Positions 42,458-57,400 are shown, counted from the first letter of the stretch. The stretch: 64,000 bases of DNA from Candidatus Oxydemutatoraceae bacterium (GCA_965220085.1 CBDCOZ010000003.1:1728001-1792000), one strand, 5' to 3'. A program made the numbers and translations. The notes: a model not told the origin generated them from the sequence alone.

Positions 42458-45400
42458 TTATCGCAACGGGCCTTCCAAGAAGAGGCGCAGACGCAACCTC
42501 AGCACGCTGGCTTCCACAGTTATTGTCAACTCCAATTCCGAAGTTATTCCTTCTCTTTCGGCTTGAACCGTTATCATTTGATCTCCCGCGGTCAACGCGC
42601 TTGCGACAGTGATTACGCCCTCGGCGTTTATTGCGAACATTCCGCCCGCGTTATCGGTCAACTCCCAGATCGCATTCGTCACAGCATTGCCGTTCTCATC
42701 GCGCACCATCAGCGTGATGCCGGTCACCGCCGTGCCTTCCGCCGCATCTTCGGCGATGGCATTGGGAGCAGGGTCGCTATCGGTAATCGTCAGTGTCGCG
42801 GGGGCAAGCGGACTGGAAACTACTATCGTCAGCGTCAATTCGTTTGAAGCGAGTTCTCCTCTTCTGGCGCGAACCGTTATCGTTTGCTCTCCTGCGCTCA
42901 ACTCGCCTGCGACAGTGATTACGCCCGTATTGCTGCTTATTGCGAACATTCCGCCCGCGTTATCGGTCAACTCCCAGATCGCATTCGTCACAGCATTGCC
43001 GTTCTCATCGCGCACCATCAGCGTGATGCCGGTCACCGCCGTGCCTTCCGCCGCATCTTCGGCGATGGCATTGGGAGCAGGGTCGCTATCGGTAATCGTC
43101 AGTGTCGCGGGGGCAAGCGGACTGGAAACTACTATCGTCAGCGTCAATTCGTTTGAAGCGAGTTCTCCTCTTCTGGCGCGAACCGTTATCGTTTGCTCTC
43201 CTGCGCTCAACTCGCCTGCGACAGTGATTACGCCCGTATTGCTGCTTATTGCGAACATTCCGCCCGCGTTATCGGTCAACTCCCAGATCGCATTCGTCAC
43301 AGCATTGCCGTTCTCATCGCGCACCATCAGCGTGATGCCGGTCACCGCCGTGCCTTCCGCCGCATCTTCGGCGATGGCATTGGGAGCAGGGTCGCTATCG
43401 GTAATCGTCAGCGATGGGAGAGACGCCGCGGAACGGCTCGCTTCGCCGCCATTGACGACCGCCGTGATGTGATAGACAGCGGCGGCGGACGTAGCCGAGT
43501 CCGTATAGGAGTAGGTAACGCCGTTCTCGCCGTTCTCCTCGGTGATGTCATCCGCCGCCAGGCTCAGGGCCGCCCCGTTGCGGTAGAGGGCATAGCCGAC
43601 AGACGGCGGGACGACCGGCCAGTGTGAGATGTCCGGCGCAGTCCAACTCAGTGTTATGCCGGTGGCGCTGGTCGCGGAGATTTCCACATTTTGCGGGCCT
43701 TCGCGCAATTGATAACCGAATTCCTCCCAACTCGCCATGCCGTCATTGTTAAAGTCAATCTTCAACGCCGGGTATTGATCGGCGGCGCCGAAGTCCCAAT
43801 AGTCGGTCGGATTGCCATCGGCATCATTCGCGTTCCAGTTGGCATAGATGCCGGCATAGCTGGTCGGAGCCTGCAACTCAACGGTTGTCTGCGACGTAAT
43901 GCCGGCGGAAGTGCCCGACCTGATCGCGGCAGTCACGCCGGATGCCTCGGTATCCCAGTAGACCGCAATAAACTCAGGATCGTCGGTGCTATTCCTTCCG
44001 CCAATGCCGCCGGCGAATCGCGTAGCGGGGTCTACGAACGCGGTGGAATAGATATAGCTGAGGCGCGCATCTCTGAAGTGACCGATTAAGCCGCCGCCCA
44101 CGCCGCCGGCCACGCTAGCGGATGCATTTGTCGCATTTACATAACCGGTAGCATACGCGTGCTCCGCTCTGGGCTTGACCGTGGTGAGGAAGAAGGCGCT
44201 GCCAATCAGCCCGCCCGCCGTATTATCGCCATTTACGCGACCGCTCGCATAACTCAAGCGAACCGTGCCCCCTTTGTCCTGACCGAGTAACGAACCGGCA
44301 CGATAGCCTTGCACCGACACCGCCGAGTAGGAGCGTTCTATCGCGCCGCCGGCTGCCTGTTGCCCCGCCAGACCGCCGGTGTTGCCCCCCGCGCCGGCCA
44401 AAACCGAGCCGGTCACGCCGACATTTGTTATTGTGCCGCCGTCGCCAATCACGCCGAACAAGCCTTGGCTGTCCGCGTTGCGGTTGATGTGCAGGTTGGC
44501 AATCGTATTGCCATTGCCGTTGAATATCGCCGTAAAGTGATTGCCGCCATCGCCAATCGGCTCCCAACCTTCGCCGCTTGTCCATGCCGTATTCGTCGTG
44601 CCGGCGAAATCAAGCCCGTTCAATAATTCATATCCGGTGCAGGTGCTGGCACAACCCATGGCAACGGCGGCGTCGGGGAATGCCATTTCATAAGTAGTCT
44701 GGCTGCCCGTAGACGGCTTGCCGTCGCCATCCAGATCGTAGCGCACCGCGTCGAGTTGTTCCAGTGTCGTGATTTCTATCAGATTGTCGTCGTCACGGTC
44801 GTAGTCTGTCTCCGACGCGGGAGCCCTTATCACTTCAATGGTCACTGCCAACACATTGGACAGCACGCCCTCGCCGCCTTCAAGACCGCCGCCTGCCCGC
44901 GCTTGCGCCATGACTGTGTGTTGCGTTGCCGCATCGTAATCCAGCGCGCCACCGCGCGTCAGGCTGATGACGCCGGTGTCAGCGCCTATCCGGAACAGCT
45001 CCGCGGCGTCATCGACCAACATCCATGATACTTGGGGCCTTCCCTCGCCGGGGGCAAAGGTTGCCGCCAGCTCAACACCGTCCACTATGGCGCCTGCGTC
45101 GGCATTTTCGGCAATCGTATTGGCCTCCGCGTTCGTATCGCTGATGGCAAATTCATCAAATACATTCGCCACCTCTATCGTCATCCGGAACGGGGCCGAA
45201 GTCACTCCGCCGCTTGTGGCTTGAACTATGATCACGAAACTCGTCGATGATTCATAATCCAACGCCGCTGTCGCCGTAATCTCGCCGTTGATCGTGCTTA
45301 TCGCAAACCTGCCGACGGCGTTATCGCGCAGACCCCATGTCATCGGGCTCACCTCATCGCCGCCCTCATCGCGTACGATCAATTCTGCGCCCGACACCGC

Positions 45401-48400
45401 TTCGCTTAGCGGCGAATTTTCGGGGATTCTGTTCGCGGCAGGATCGTCGTCCGTAATCATCAGCGTCTCCAGCACATCCTCCACGGCTATCGGCAAGCCG
45501 ATGCTGCCGCTGACGCCGCCGGAAGCCGCCGTTACCGTTATCGTGTGGCTCGTCGCAGTCTCATAATCCAATGCGGCGCCTGTCGCAATCACGCCGGTAG
45601 CCGGATTGACCATAAACAAGGTGCTGGTTGAACTCCAAGTCAGCCCTTCCGTCACTTCCGTGCCCGCTTCGTCGGTCACGATAAGCCGGATGCCCGGCAC
45701 CCTGGTGCCTATGATTGCGTTCTCCGCGACCGCAATCATGGCTGTCCCCGTGCTGTCGGCATTTGTTACGGTCAGTGTCTCCGGAATATTCGTCACATCT
45801 ATCGTCAGTGCGACCGCCGACGAAGTGGTGCCGCCTTTTGCGACTTGAACCATCACCGTGTGGGTCGGGGTCGTCTCGTAGTCCGCCGTGCCAATCAATG
45901 TCACTTCGCCGCCGGTGGAACCGATTGCAAACAAGCCGCTCGGATCAGCCGCCAAGCTCCAAGTCAGCCCTTCTGTCACCGGCCTGCCGCCTTCGTCGGT
46001 CGCCGCGAAAACTATGCCGGCCACCGCGGTACCCGTAGTCGCCGTCTCCGCTATCGTGTTGGCATCCTCGTCGGAGTCTGTCGCAGTCAGGCTCTCCAAG
46101 ACATTCCCGACATTGACCTGCAATACAAAGTTGCTTGAATTCCCCTCGTGTGTCGCCCGAATCACCACCGTGTGGGTCGGGGTCGTCTCGTAATCCAACA
46201 TGCCGGTCAACGTAATCACGGCCGTGTCAGTCGCAATCGCAAACAGGCCGCCGGCGGCATCGCTCAGACTCCAAGTCACGCCGGTCATCAACTCGGCAGA
46301 GTCGGCATCTCGCGCGACCAGACGCGCGCCGGATAGCATCGTGCCTGTCGTCGCATCCTCGTCTATCGTCGCAAAGGCGTCAAAGCCATCGGTGTCAACA
46401 ATCCGAATGTTCTCATTGACCTCCAGTATCGTGATTGGCAAATCAAACGCATCCGAAGTCACGCCGTCTTTTGCGGCTTGAACCGTCACTGCGACGCTCG
46501 ACGAGGTCGCAAAATCCAACCTGTCGTCGGCAACCAGACTGATTACGCCCGTATCGGCGCTGATCGCGAACCGACCGCCGGCATCATCGCTCAGGCTCCA
46601 GGTCACATCGGTCACCGCCTCTGATTTTTCGTCGCTTGCGCTCAGTGTGATGCCCAGAACTTGCGTGCCGGACGTCGCATCTTCGGCAATCCTGTTCGCG
46701 TCGGCGTTGCCGTCGGCAACCGTCAGTCTCTCCAACACATCCCCGACCGCTATCGTCAGCGCGAACGGAGCGGAATCTATTCCGTCTTTCGCGGCTCGCA
46801 CTATGACCGCGTGGGTCGGGGTCGTCTCATGATCCAATGGCGCGGTCGCGGTGATTGCGCCGGCGGTTGAAATCGCAAACAAGCCGCCCGCATTATCGGT
46901 CAGACTCCAAAGCACATCGCGCACCGAATCGCCCGCTTCATTTTCTGCCGCCAAATCTATGCCCGACACCGCCGTGCCGCTCGCCGCGTTCTCAATAATC
47001 GTATCCTCGGCGGGATTGTTATCGACAATTTGCAAGGTCTCCAACACGTCCGTGACATCTATCGTCAGCGCAAACGGGTCCGAAATCACGCCGTCTTTGC
47101 TCGCTTGAGCCCTCACCGTATGACTCCGCAATGCCTCAATATCATAGTCCAATGTGTTTGCGGCAATCAGACTGATGACGCCCGTATCGGCGCTGATTGC
47201 GAACAGACCGCTCGCATCGGTCAGGCTCCAGGTCGCGCTGCTTACCGCATTGCCGCCCTCATCGGTCGCGGTCAGAGCGATGCCGGGCACCACGGCGCCG
47301 GTTGTCGCATCCTCGGCAAGCGCTATCGCGCCGCTGCCGCCGTTCGCTATCTTCAATTCCTCCAACAAATTCCGCACAACGACAGGCACATCCGTTGCGT
47401 TTGAATCCACCCCGTCTTTTGATACCCGCACTTGCAATGCATAGTCGGCAACATTCTCGGCATCCAGAGCCTCGCTCGTTACCTTCGTTACGCTGATTAC
47501 GCCTTGGTTATTTATCACAAATAAATCGCCGGCGCTTTCGGGCAGAGTCCATGTCAGGCCGTCGGTTACCTCATTGCCCGATTCATCCCGCACCGCAAAG
47601 GCGATGCCCGACACTATGACGCCCGCTAACGCATTCTCATCAATGCCGTTTGCCGCCGCGTTAATGTCTTCCAAGATCAGGCTCTCCAATACATTCCTCA
47701 GGGCTATCGACAGACTCAGCGGGGCCGAATCCACCCCGTCTTTTGTGACCGCAACCGTTACCGTGAAACTCGTCTGAGTTGACGTCTCATAATCCGGCGT
47801 CCTGTCTGCGGTGATGATGCCGCTATCCGGATCAATTGCAAACCTGCCGTCCGCATTCTCGGTCAATCTCCAGACCAACCCGTCTGCCGCCGCATTACCC
47901 GCTTCGTCAAGCGCCGCCAAATCTATGCCCGACACCGCCGTGGCCGTTGCCACATTCTCGACAATCTCGTTCGCAACGTCGTCTCTGTCGGTTATCGTCA
48001 GCGCCTCCAGCGCGTTTTGAACCTCTACCGTCAACTCAAACTCATCGCTTATGCCGGCTGCCGTTACCGCCACCGTCAGCATATGGGTCGGAGTCGTCTC
48101 ATAGTCCGCTTCGCCGACCAATGTAATCTCGCCGCCGGTCGTGCTTATCGCGAACAAGTTGCCCGGGTTCGCCGCCAGACTCCAAGTCAGCCCTTCTGTC
48201 ACCGGCCTGCCGCCTTCGTCGGTCACTGCGAAAGCTATGCCGGCCACCGCGGTACCCGAAGTCGCGTTCTCTGCGATTGTGTTCTCAGCGGTATCGCTGT
48301 CTGTGACGGTCAGCGTCTCCAACACATTCGTCACATGTATCGTCAGTTCAACCGCCGACGAAGTGATTCCGTCTTTTGCGACTTGAACCATCACCGTGTG

Positions 48401-51400
48401 GGTCGGGGTCGTCTCGTGGTCCGCCGCGCCGGTCAATGTAATCTCGCCGTTGGTGGAAGCGACCGCAAACAAGCCACTCGGGTCGGATGCCAAGCTCCAA
48501 TCCAGCCCTTCTGTCACTGGTCTGCCGCCTTCGTCGGTCACGACCAATGCGATGCCGCTCACCGCGCTACCCGAAGTCGCGTTCTCCGCTATCGTGTTGT
48601 CATCGCTATCGGAGTCTGTCACAGTCAGGCTCTCCAAGACATTCCCCACATTCACCCGCAATACAAAGTGACTTGAATTCTCCCCGGTCGTCGCCCGAAT
48701 CACCAACGTGTGGGTCGGGGTCGCCTCATAATCCAACATGCCGGCCAACGTAATCTCGCCACTGGTCGTGCCTATCGCAAACAGGCCGCCGGCGGTGTTT
48801 GTCAATTCCCAACTTACGCTGCTCAACTCAGCGCCGTCGGCATCTCTTGCGACAAGAGCCAAACCGGGCAGCGCATCGCCCGCCTCCGCATCCTCGTCTA
48901 TCGCCGCGGAGGTGTCATTGCCATCGGTGTCAACAATCAGAACATTTTCATTGACGTCCAGTATCGTGATCATCAATTCAAACATAGCCGAAGTCACTCC
49001 GTCTTTTTCAACTTGAACCATCACCGTGGCGCTCGACGAGGTCTCAAAATCCAGACTGTCGCCGACAATTAAGCGGATCATGCCGTTGGCATCTATTGCG
49101 AACAGGCCATCGCCACCGAACAAAGCCCATGTCAGGCCGGTCGTCACCGCAGAGCCCCCTTCGTCGGTCACTGTCAATGCGGTGCCGACTACCGCCGTAT
49201 CGGCTACCGCCGTCTCCACGATTACATTGTCAGCGTTGTCGCTGTCTGTGACGGTCAGTGTCTCCAACACATTCGTCACGTTTATCCTCAGTGTCACTAC
49301 GGCAGGCTGATAACCGTCGGCTTCGGCTGTTAACGTTACGGTATGGTTGCGCGCGGTTTCGTAGTCCAGCGTGTTGTCCGCAACCAAAGTGATGACACCG
49401 CTGGTACTGCCTACTGTGAACAAGCCGCTCGGATCGGTCAGGTTCCAGGTCACACTGCTTACGGCAGCGCCACTAGAGTCTTGTGCCGCCAGCGTTACAT
49501 CCGCTATCGCAGTACCCGCCGCTGCGTCTTCCGCTATCGTCGCTGTGTTGGCAGCGCCTGTCGCATCGGTGTCCGCAATCTGCAACTGCGGCAAGGTCTC
49601 ATCAACATCGGTCACCGCTATCGTCAGCGACAACTCGTTGGAATCTATGCCGTCCTTTGTCGCCTGCGCCATAACTGTGTGTTGCGATGATGCCTCGTAG
49701 TCCAGCGCACCCTCTGCGGTAATCACGCCACTGGCGCTGTTTATTGCAAACAGACCGCTCGCATCGATCAATCTCCAGACCACTTCGCTTACCGTAGCGC
49801 CACCTTCGTCGCTTGCGGTCAGAGCGATGCCCGGCACTACTGTGCCGGCTGGCGCATTCTCGGCTAGCTCTATCGCACCGCTGCCGCCGTTTGCTATCGT
49901 CAGCGTCTCCAACACATTCGTCACGTTTATCCTCAGTGTCACTACGGCAGGCTGATAACCGTCGGCTTCGGCTGTTAACGTTACGGTATGGCTGCGCGCG
50001 GTTTCGTAGTCCAGCGTGTTGTCCGCAACCAAAGTGATGACACCGCTGGTACTGCCTACTGTGAACAAGCCGCTCGGATCGGTCAGGCTCCAAATCACTC
50101 CGTTCACCGTAGCGCCGCCAGAGTCTTGTGCCGCCAGCGTTACATCCGCTATCGCAGTGCCTGCTGATGCGTCCTCCGCTATCGTCGCTGTGTTGGCATC
50201 GCCTGCCGCATCGGTGTCCGCAATCTGCAACTGCGGCAGGGTCTCGTCAATATCGGTCACCGCAATGGTCACTTCTATTGTGTCGCTGACAGTGCCCGTT
50301 GAAGCCTGTGCGATTATCGTGTGGCTCTGCGTTGTCTCATAATCCAATGCGCCCGCCAACGTCACGACTCCGCTTTCAGAGTCAATCGCAAACCGACCTC
50401 CCGCGTTATTGCTTAGATCCCATGCGAAGTCTGTGCCGCCGGTCAGAGACAGACTGCCTTCGCTCGCGGTCAGGATGATGCCCGGCACCACGGCGCCGAC
50501 CGCCGCATTCTCGGCGAGCTCTATCGCACCCATGCCGCTGTTCGCTACCGTCAATGTCTCCAACACATTCGTTACGGCAATGGTCACTGCTATTGTCTCG
50601 CTGACAGCGCCGGTTGAGGCTCGCGCCGTTATCGTGTGGCTCTGTGCCATCTCATAATCCAATGCGCCCGCCAACGTGACGACTCCGCTTTCAGAGTCAA
50701 TCGCAAACAAACTGCCCGCGGCATCGCTTAGATCCCATGCGAAGTCCGTGCCGCCGGTCAGAGGCAGACTGCCTTCGCTCGCGGTCAAGGCGATGCCCGG
50801 TACCACGGCGCCGACGGTCGCATTCTCGGCAAGCGCTATCGCACCGCTGCCGCCGTTCGCTACCGTCAGTGTCTCCGCCACATTCGTTACGGCAATAGTC
50901 ACTTCTATTGTGCTGCTGACAGTGCCCGTTGAGGCTTGCGCCGTTATCGTGTGGCTCTGCGCTGTCTCATAATCCAATGCGCCCGCCACCGTGACCACTC
51001 CGCTTTCAGAGTCAATCGCAAACCGACCGACGGCGTCATCGCTTAGCTCCCATGTGAAGTCTGTGCCGCCGGTCAGAGGCAGACTGCCTTCGCTCGCGGT
51101 CAAGGTGATGCCCGGTACCACGGTGCCGACGGTCGCATTCTCGGCAAGCGCTATCGCAGCGCTGCCGCCGTTCGCTACCGTCAGTGTCTCCGCCACATTC
51201 GTCACGGCAATGGTCACCTCTATTGTCTCGCTGACAGCGCCCGTTGAGGCTTGTGCGATTATCGTGTGGCTCTGTGCCATCTCATAATCCAATGCGCCCG
51301 CCAACGTGACGACTCCGCTTTCAGAGTCAATCGCAAACCGACCGACGGCGTCATCGCTTAGCTCCCATGTGAAGTCTATGCCGCCGGTCAGAGGCAGACT

Positions 51401-54400
51401 GCCTTCGCTCGCGGTCAGGGTGATGCCCGGCACCACGGCGCCGACTGTCGCATTCTCGGCAAGATTTATCGCACCGTTGCCGCTGTTCGCTACCGTCAGT
51501 GTCTCCGGCACATTCGTCACGTTTATTGTCAGTGTCAGTGCGGCAGGCTGATAACCGGCGGCTTCGGCTGTTACCGTTACGGCATGGCTACGCGCACCTG
51601 TGTCTTCGTAGTCCAGCGTGTCGCTCGCAACCAAAGTGATGATGCCATTAGCGTTGCCTATTGTGAACAAGTCGCTCGGATCGGTCAGGTTCCAGGTCGC
51701 GCCACTTACGGCGGCGCCGGCGGAGTCTTGTGCCGCCAATGTCACACCCGCTATCGCCATGCCCGCCGTTGCCGACTCCGCTATCGTCGCCGTGTCGGCA
51801 TCGCCTGTCGCATCGGTGTCCGCAATCTGCAACTGTGGCAGGGTCTCATCAACATCGGTCACCGTTATCGTCAGCGACAACTCGTTGGAATCTATGCCGT
51901 CCTTTGTCGCTTGCGCCATTACTATGTGTTGCGATGATGTCTCGTAGTCCAGCGCACCCGCCACCGTGACCAGTCCGCTATCGGAGTCAATCGCGAATAA
52001 ACCGGTCGGGGTGCTCGCCAAACTCCATCTCACACCGGTCACGGCAGTGTTGCCTTCGTCGTTCGCGGTCAGAGCAATGCCCGGCACCACGGCGCCGGTT
52101 GGCACATTCTCGGCAAGCGCTATCGCACCGCTGCCGCCGTTCGCTACCGTCAATGTCTCCGGCACATTCGTTACGGCAATAGTCACTTCTATTGTGCTGC
52201 TGACAGTGCCCGTTGAGGCTTGCGCCGTTATCGTGTGGCTCTGCGCTGTCTCATAATCCAATGCGCCCGCCAACGTGACGACTCCGCTTTCAGAGTCAAT
52301 CGCAAACAAACCGCCCGCGGCATCGCTTAGCGCCCATGTGAAGTCTGTGCCGCCGACCAGGGGCAGACTGCCTTCGCTCGCGGTCAAGGTGATGCCCGGT
52401 ACCACGATGCCGACGGTCGCATTCTCGGCAAGCGCTATCGCACCGCTACCGCCGTTCGCTACCGTCAGTGTCTCCGCCACATTCGTCACGACAACAATCA
52501 CTTCTATTGTCTCGCTGACAGCGCCGGTTGAGGCTTGTGCGATTATCGTGTGGCTCTGTGCCATCTCATAATCCAATGCGCCCGCCAACGTGACGACTCC
52601 GCTTTCAGAGTCAATCGCAAACCGACCGACGGCGTCATCGCTTAGCTCCCATGTGAAGTCTATGCCGCCAGTCAGAGGCAGACTGCCTTCGCTCGCGGTC
52701 AGGGTGATGCCCGGCACCACGGCGCCGACTGTCGCATTCTCGGCAAGATTTATCGCACCGTTGCCGCTGTTCGCTACCGTCAGTGTCTCCGGCACATTCG
52801 TCACGGCAATGGTCACCTCTATTGTCTCGCTGACAGCGCCGGTTGAGGCTTGTGCGATTATCGTGTGGCTCTGTGCCATCTCATAATCCAATGCGCCCGC
52901 CAACGTGACGACTCCGCTTTCAGAGTCAATCGCAAACAAACCGCCCGCGGCATCGCTTAGCGCCCATGTGAAGTCTGTGCCGCCGACCAGGGGCAGACTG
53001 CCTTCGCTCGCGGTCAAGGTGATGCCCGGTACCACGGTGCCGACGGTCGCATTCTCGGCAAGCGCTATCGCAGCGCTGCCGCCGTTCGCTACCGTCAATG
53101 TCTCCGGCACATTCGTTACGGCAATAGTCACTTCTATTGTGCTGCTGACAGTGCCCGTTGAGGCTTGCGCCGTTATCGTGTGGCTCTGCGCTGTCTCATA
53201 ATCCAATGCGCCCGCCACCGTGACCACTCCGCTTTCAGAGTCAATCGCAAACCGACCGACGGCGTCATCGCTTAGCTCCCATGTGAAGTCTATGCCGCCG
53301 GTCAGAGGCAGACTGCCTTCGCTTGCGGTCAGAGCAATGCCCGGCACTACGGTGCCGGCGGGCGCATCCTCGGCGAGCTCTATCGCACCCGTGCCGCTGT
53401 TCGCCACCGTCAGTGTCTCCGGCACATTCGTCACGTTTATCGTCAGCGCCACTGCGGCAGGCTGATAACCGGCGGCTTCGGCTGTTACCGTTACGCTATG
53501 GCTGCGCGCGGTTTCATAGTCCAGCGTGTTGTCCGCAATCAAAGTGATGACACCGCTGGTACTGCCTACTGTGAACAAGCTGCTCGGATCGGTCAGGCTC
53601 CATGTCACTCCGGTCACCGTAGCGCCAGCAGGGTCTTGTGCCGCCAATGTCACCCCCGCTATCGCCGTGCCCGCCGACGCGTCTTCCGCTATCGTCGCTG
53701 TGTTGGCAACGCCTGTCGCATCGGTGTCCGCAATCTGCAACTGCGGCAGGGTCTCATCAACATCGGTCACCGTTATCGTCAGCGACAACTCGTTGGAATC
53801 CACGCCGTCTTTTGTCGCTTGCGCCGCTACTGTGTGTTGCGATGATGCCTCGTAATCCAATTCGCCCTCTGCGGTAATCACGCCACTGGCGCTGTTTATT
53901 GCAAACAGACCGCTTGCATCGGTCAAGCTCCAGACCACTTCGCTTACCGTAGCGCCACCTTCGTCGCTTGCGGTCAGAGCGATGCCCGGCACTACTGTGC
54001 CGGCTGGCGCATTCTCGGTCAGCTCTATCGCACCGCTGCCGGTATTCTCTATCGTCAGCGTCTCCAATACATTCGTCACGTTTATCGTCAGCGTCACTAT
54101 GGCAGGCTGATAACCGGCGGCTTCGGCTATTACCGTTACGTTATGGCTTCGCGCGGTTTCGTAGTCCAGCGTGTCGCTCACAATCAAAGTAATTTCGCCG
54201 CTCGCAGAATCTATCTCAAACAGGTCAAGCTCATTCTGACCACTCAGGCTCCAGGTCGCACTGCTTACGGCAACGCCAGCGGAGTCTTGTGCCGCCAGCG
54301 TTACATCCGCTATCGCAGTACCCGCCGCTGCGTCTTCCGCTATCGTCGCTGTGTTGGCAGCGCCTGTCGCATCGGTGTCCGCAATCTGCAACTGCGGCAG

Positions 54401-57400
54401 AGTCTCGTCAATATCTGTTACGGCGATGGTCAGGGTTAGTTGATTCGAATCTATGCCGTCTTTGCTCGCCTGCGCCGTGACCGTGTGTTGCGTTGCCGCC
54501 GCGTAGTTCAATGCGCCCTCTGCGGTAATCACGCCGGTGTTACTCGTGATGGCAAACAAGCTATCCGCGTCATCGGTCAGGCTCCAGACCACGCCGCTTA
54601 CCGCAACGCCGCCTTCGTCGCTCACTGTCAGAGCAATGCCCGGCACCACGGTGCCGACGGGCGCATTCTCGGCCAGTTCTATCGCACCGCTGCCGCCGTT
54701 TACTATCGTCAGCGTCTCCAACACATTCGTCACGTTTATTGTCAGCGTCACTATGGCAGGCTGGTAACTGTCGGCTGTGGCGGTTATCGCTACGGTGTGG
54801 CTACGCGCGGTTTCATAGTCCAGCGTGTCGCTCGCAATCAAAGTGATGACACCATTGGTACTGCCTATTGTGAACAAGCCACTCGGATCGGTCAGGCTCC
54901 AGGTCGCACTGCTTACGGCAACGCCAGCGGAGTCTTGTGCCGCCAGCGTTACATCCGCTATCGCAGTACCCGCCGCTGCGTCTTCCGCTATCGTCGCTGT
55001 GTTGGCAGCGCCTGTCGCATCGGTGTCCGCAATCTGCAACTGCGGCAAGGTCTCATCAACATTCGTTACAGCAATGGTCACTGCTATTGTCTCGCTGACA
55101 GTGCCCGTTGAGGCTTGCGCCGTTATCGTGTGGCTCTGCGCTGTCTCATAATCCAGCGCGCCCGCCAACGTGACCACTCCGCTTTCGGAGTCAATCGCAA
55201 ACCGACCGGCCGCGGCATCGCTCAACTCCCATGCGAAATCTGTGCCGCCGGTCAGAACCAGGCTGCCTTCGCTCGCAGTCAGAATGATACCCGGTACCAC
55301 GGTGCCGGTTGGCGCATTCTCGGCTAGTTCTATCGCACCGCTGCCGCTGTTCGCTACCGTCAATGTCTCCAACACATTCGTCACGTTTATTGTCAGGGTC
55401 ACTGCGGCAGGCTGATAACCGTCAGCTGTGGCGGTTACCGCTACGGTGTGGCTACGCACGGTTTCATAGTCCAGCGTGTTGTCCGCAATCAAGGTAATCT
55501 CGCCGCTCGCAGAGTCTATCTCAAACAGGTCAATCTCACTCGGGGCGCTCAGGTTCCATGTCACACTTACGGCAGCGCCAGAGGAGTCTTGTGCCGCCAA
55601 TGTCACACCTGCTATCGCCGCACCCGCCGACGCGTCCTCCGCTATCGTCGCCGTGTTGTCATCGCCTGTCGCATCGGTGTCCGCAATCTGCAACTGCGGC
55701 AAGGTCTCATCAACATTCGTTACAGCAATGGTCACTGCTATTGTCTCGCTGACAGCGCCCGTTGAGGCTCGCGCCGTTATCGTGTGACTCTGTGCCGTCT
55801 CATAATCCAATGCGCCCGCCAACGTGACGACTCCGCTTTCAGAGTCAATCGCAAACAGACCGCCCGCGGCATCGCTCAACTCCCATGCGAAATCTGTGCC
55901 ACCGACCAGAGGCAGACTGCCTTCGCTCGCGGTCAAGGCAATGCCCGGCACCACGGTGCCGACTGGCGCATTCTCGGCGAGCTCTATCGCACCGCTGCCG
56001 CCGTTCGCTATCGTCAAAGTCTCCAACACGTTCGTCACATTTATTGTCAGGGTCAGTGCGGCAGGCTGATAACCGTCGGCTTCAGCTGTTACCGTTACGC
56101 TATGGCTACGCGCATTGGTGTCTTCGTAGTCCAGTGTGTTGTCCGCAATCAAAGTGATGACACCGCTGGTACTGCCTACTGTGAACAAGCTGCTCGGATC
56201 GGTCAGGCTCCAAGTCACTCCGGCCACCGTAGCGCCGCCAGAGTCTTGTGCCGCCAGCGCTACATCCGCTATCGCAGTGCCTCCCGTTGCCGACTCCGCT
56301 ATCGTCGCCGTGTTGGCATCGCCTGTCGTATCGGTGTCCGCAATCTGCAACTGCGGCAGAGTCTCGTCAATATCCGTTACGGCGATGGTCAGGGTTAGTT
56401 GATTCGAATCTATGCCGTCTTTGCTCGCCCGCGCCGTGACCGTGTGTTGCGTTGCCGCCGCGTAGTCTAATGCGCCCTCTACGGTAATCACGCCGCTGTT
56501 GCTCGTGATGGCAAACAAGCTATCCGCGTCATCGGTCAGGCTCCAGACTGCTCCGCTTACCGTAGATCCACCTTCGTCGCCCACCGTCAGAGCGATGCCC
56601 GGCACCACGGTGCCGGCTGGCGCATTCTCGGTCATCTCTATCGCACCGCTGCCGGTATTCTCTATCGTCAGCGTCTCCAACACATTCTCCACCGCTATCG
56701 TCAGCGACAATTCGTTGGAATCCACGCCGTCCTTTGTCGCTTGCGCCATTACTGTGTGTTGCGATGATGTCTCGTAATCCAATGCGCCCTCTACGGTAAT
56801 CACGCCGGTGTTACTCGTGATGGCAAACAAGCTACCCGCGTCATCGGTCAGGCTCCAGACCACTGCGCTTACCGTAGATCCACCCTCGTCTCTCACCGTC
56901 AGAGCAATGCCCGGCACCACGGTGCCGGCGGGCGCATTCTCGGCCAGTTCTATCGCACCGCTGTCGCCGTTTGCTATCGTCAATGTCTCCAGCACATTCT
57001 CTACCGCTATCGTCAGCGCTAGCGTGTTAACGACAGTGCCCGTTGAGGCTTGCGCCGTTATCGTGTGGCTCTGTGCCGTCTCAAAATTCAATGCGCCAGC
57101 CACCGTTACTTCGCCGCCAGTGCTAATCGCAAACAGGCCGCCTGCGTTATCGCTCAACCTCCATGTGAAGTCTATGCCATCAATCAAACCCAGACTGCCT
57201 TCGTTTGCGGTCAGGCTGATGCCGGGCACCACGGTGCCGACCGTCGCATCCTCGGCAATCGCGCTGGCATCACTATCGCTATCCGTCACGGTTATGGATT
57301 CCACTACATTGACAATCTCTACCCCTATGCGATGCTGATCGATTCTCTCCGCCCTTGTCGCAGGGTCGGTCGCACTAATAGTCACGACAACATCCGCCTT

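Noticed and set aside
41808-42566. 252-aa and 162-aa ORFs in the DUF447-adhesin gap
   Set aside because: Translations of the 133-bp repeat with no recognisable protein features.
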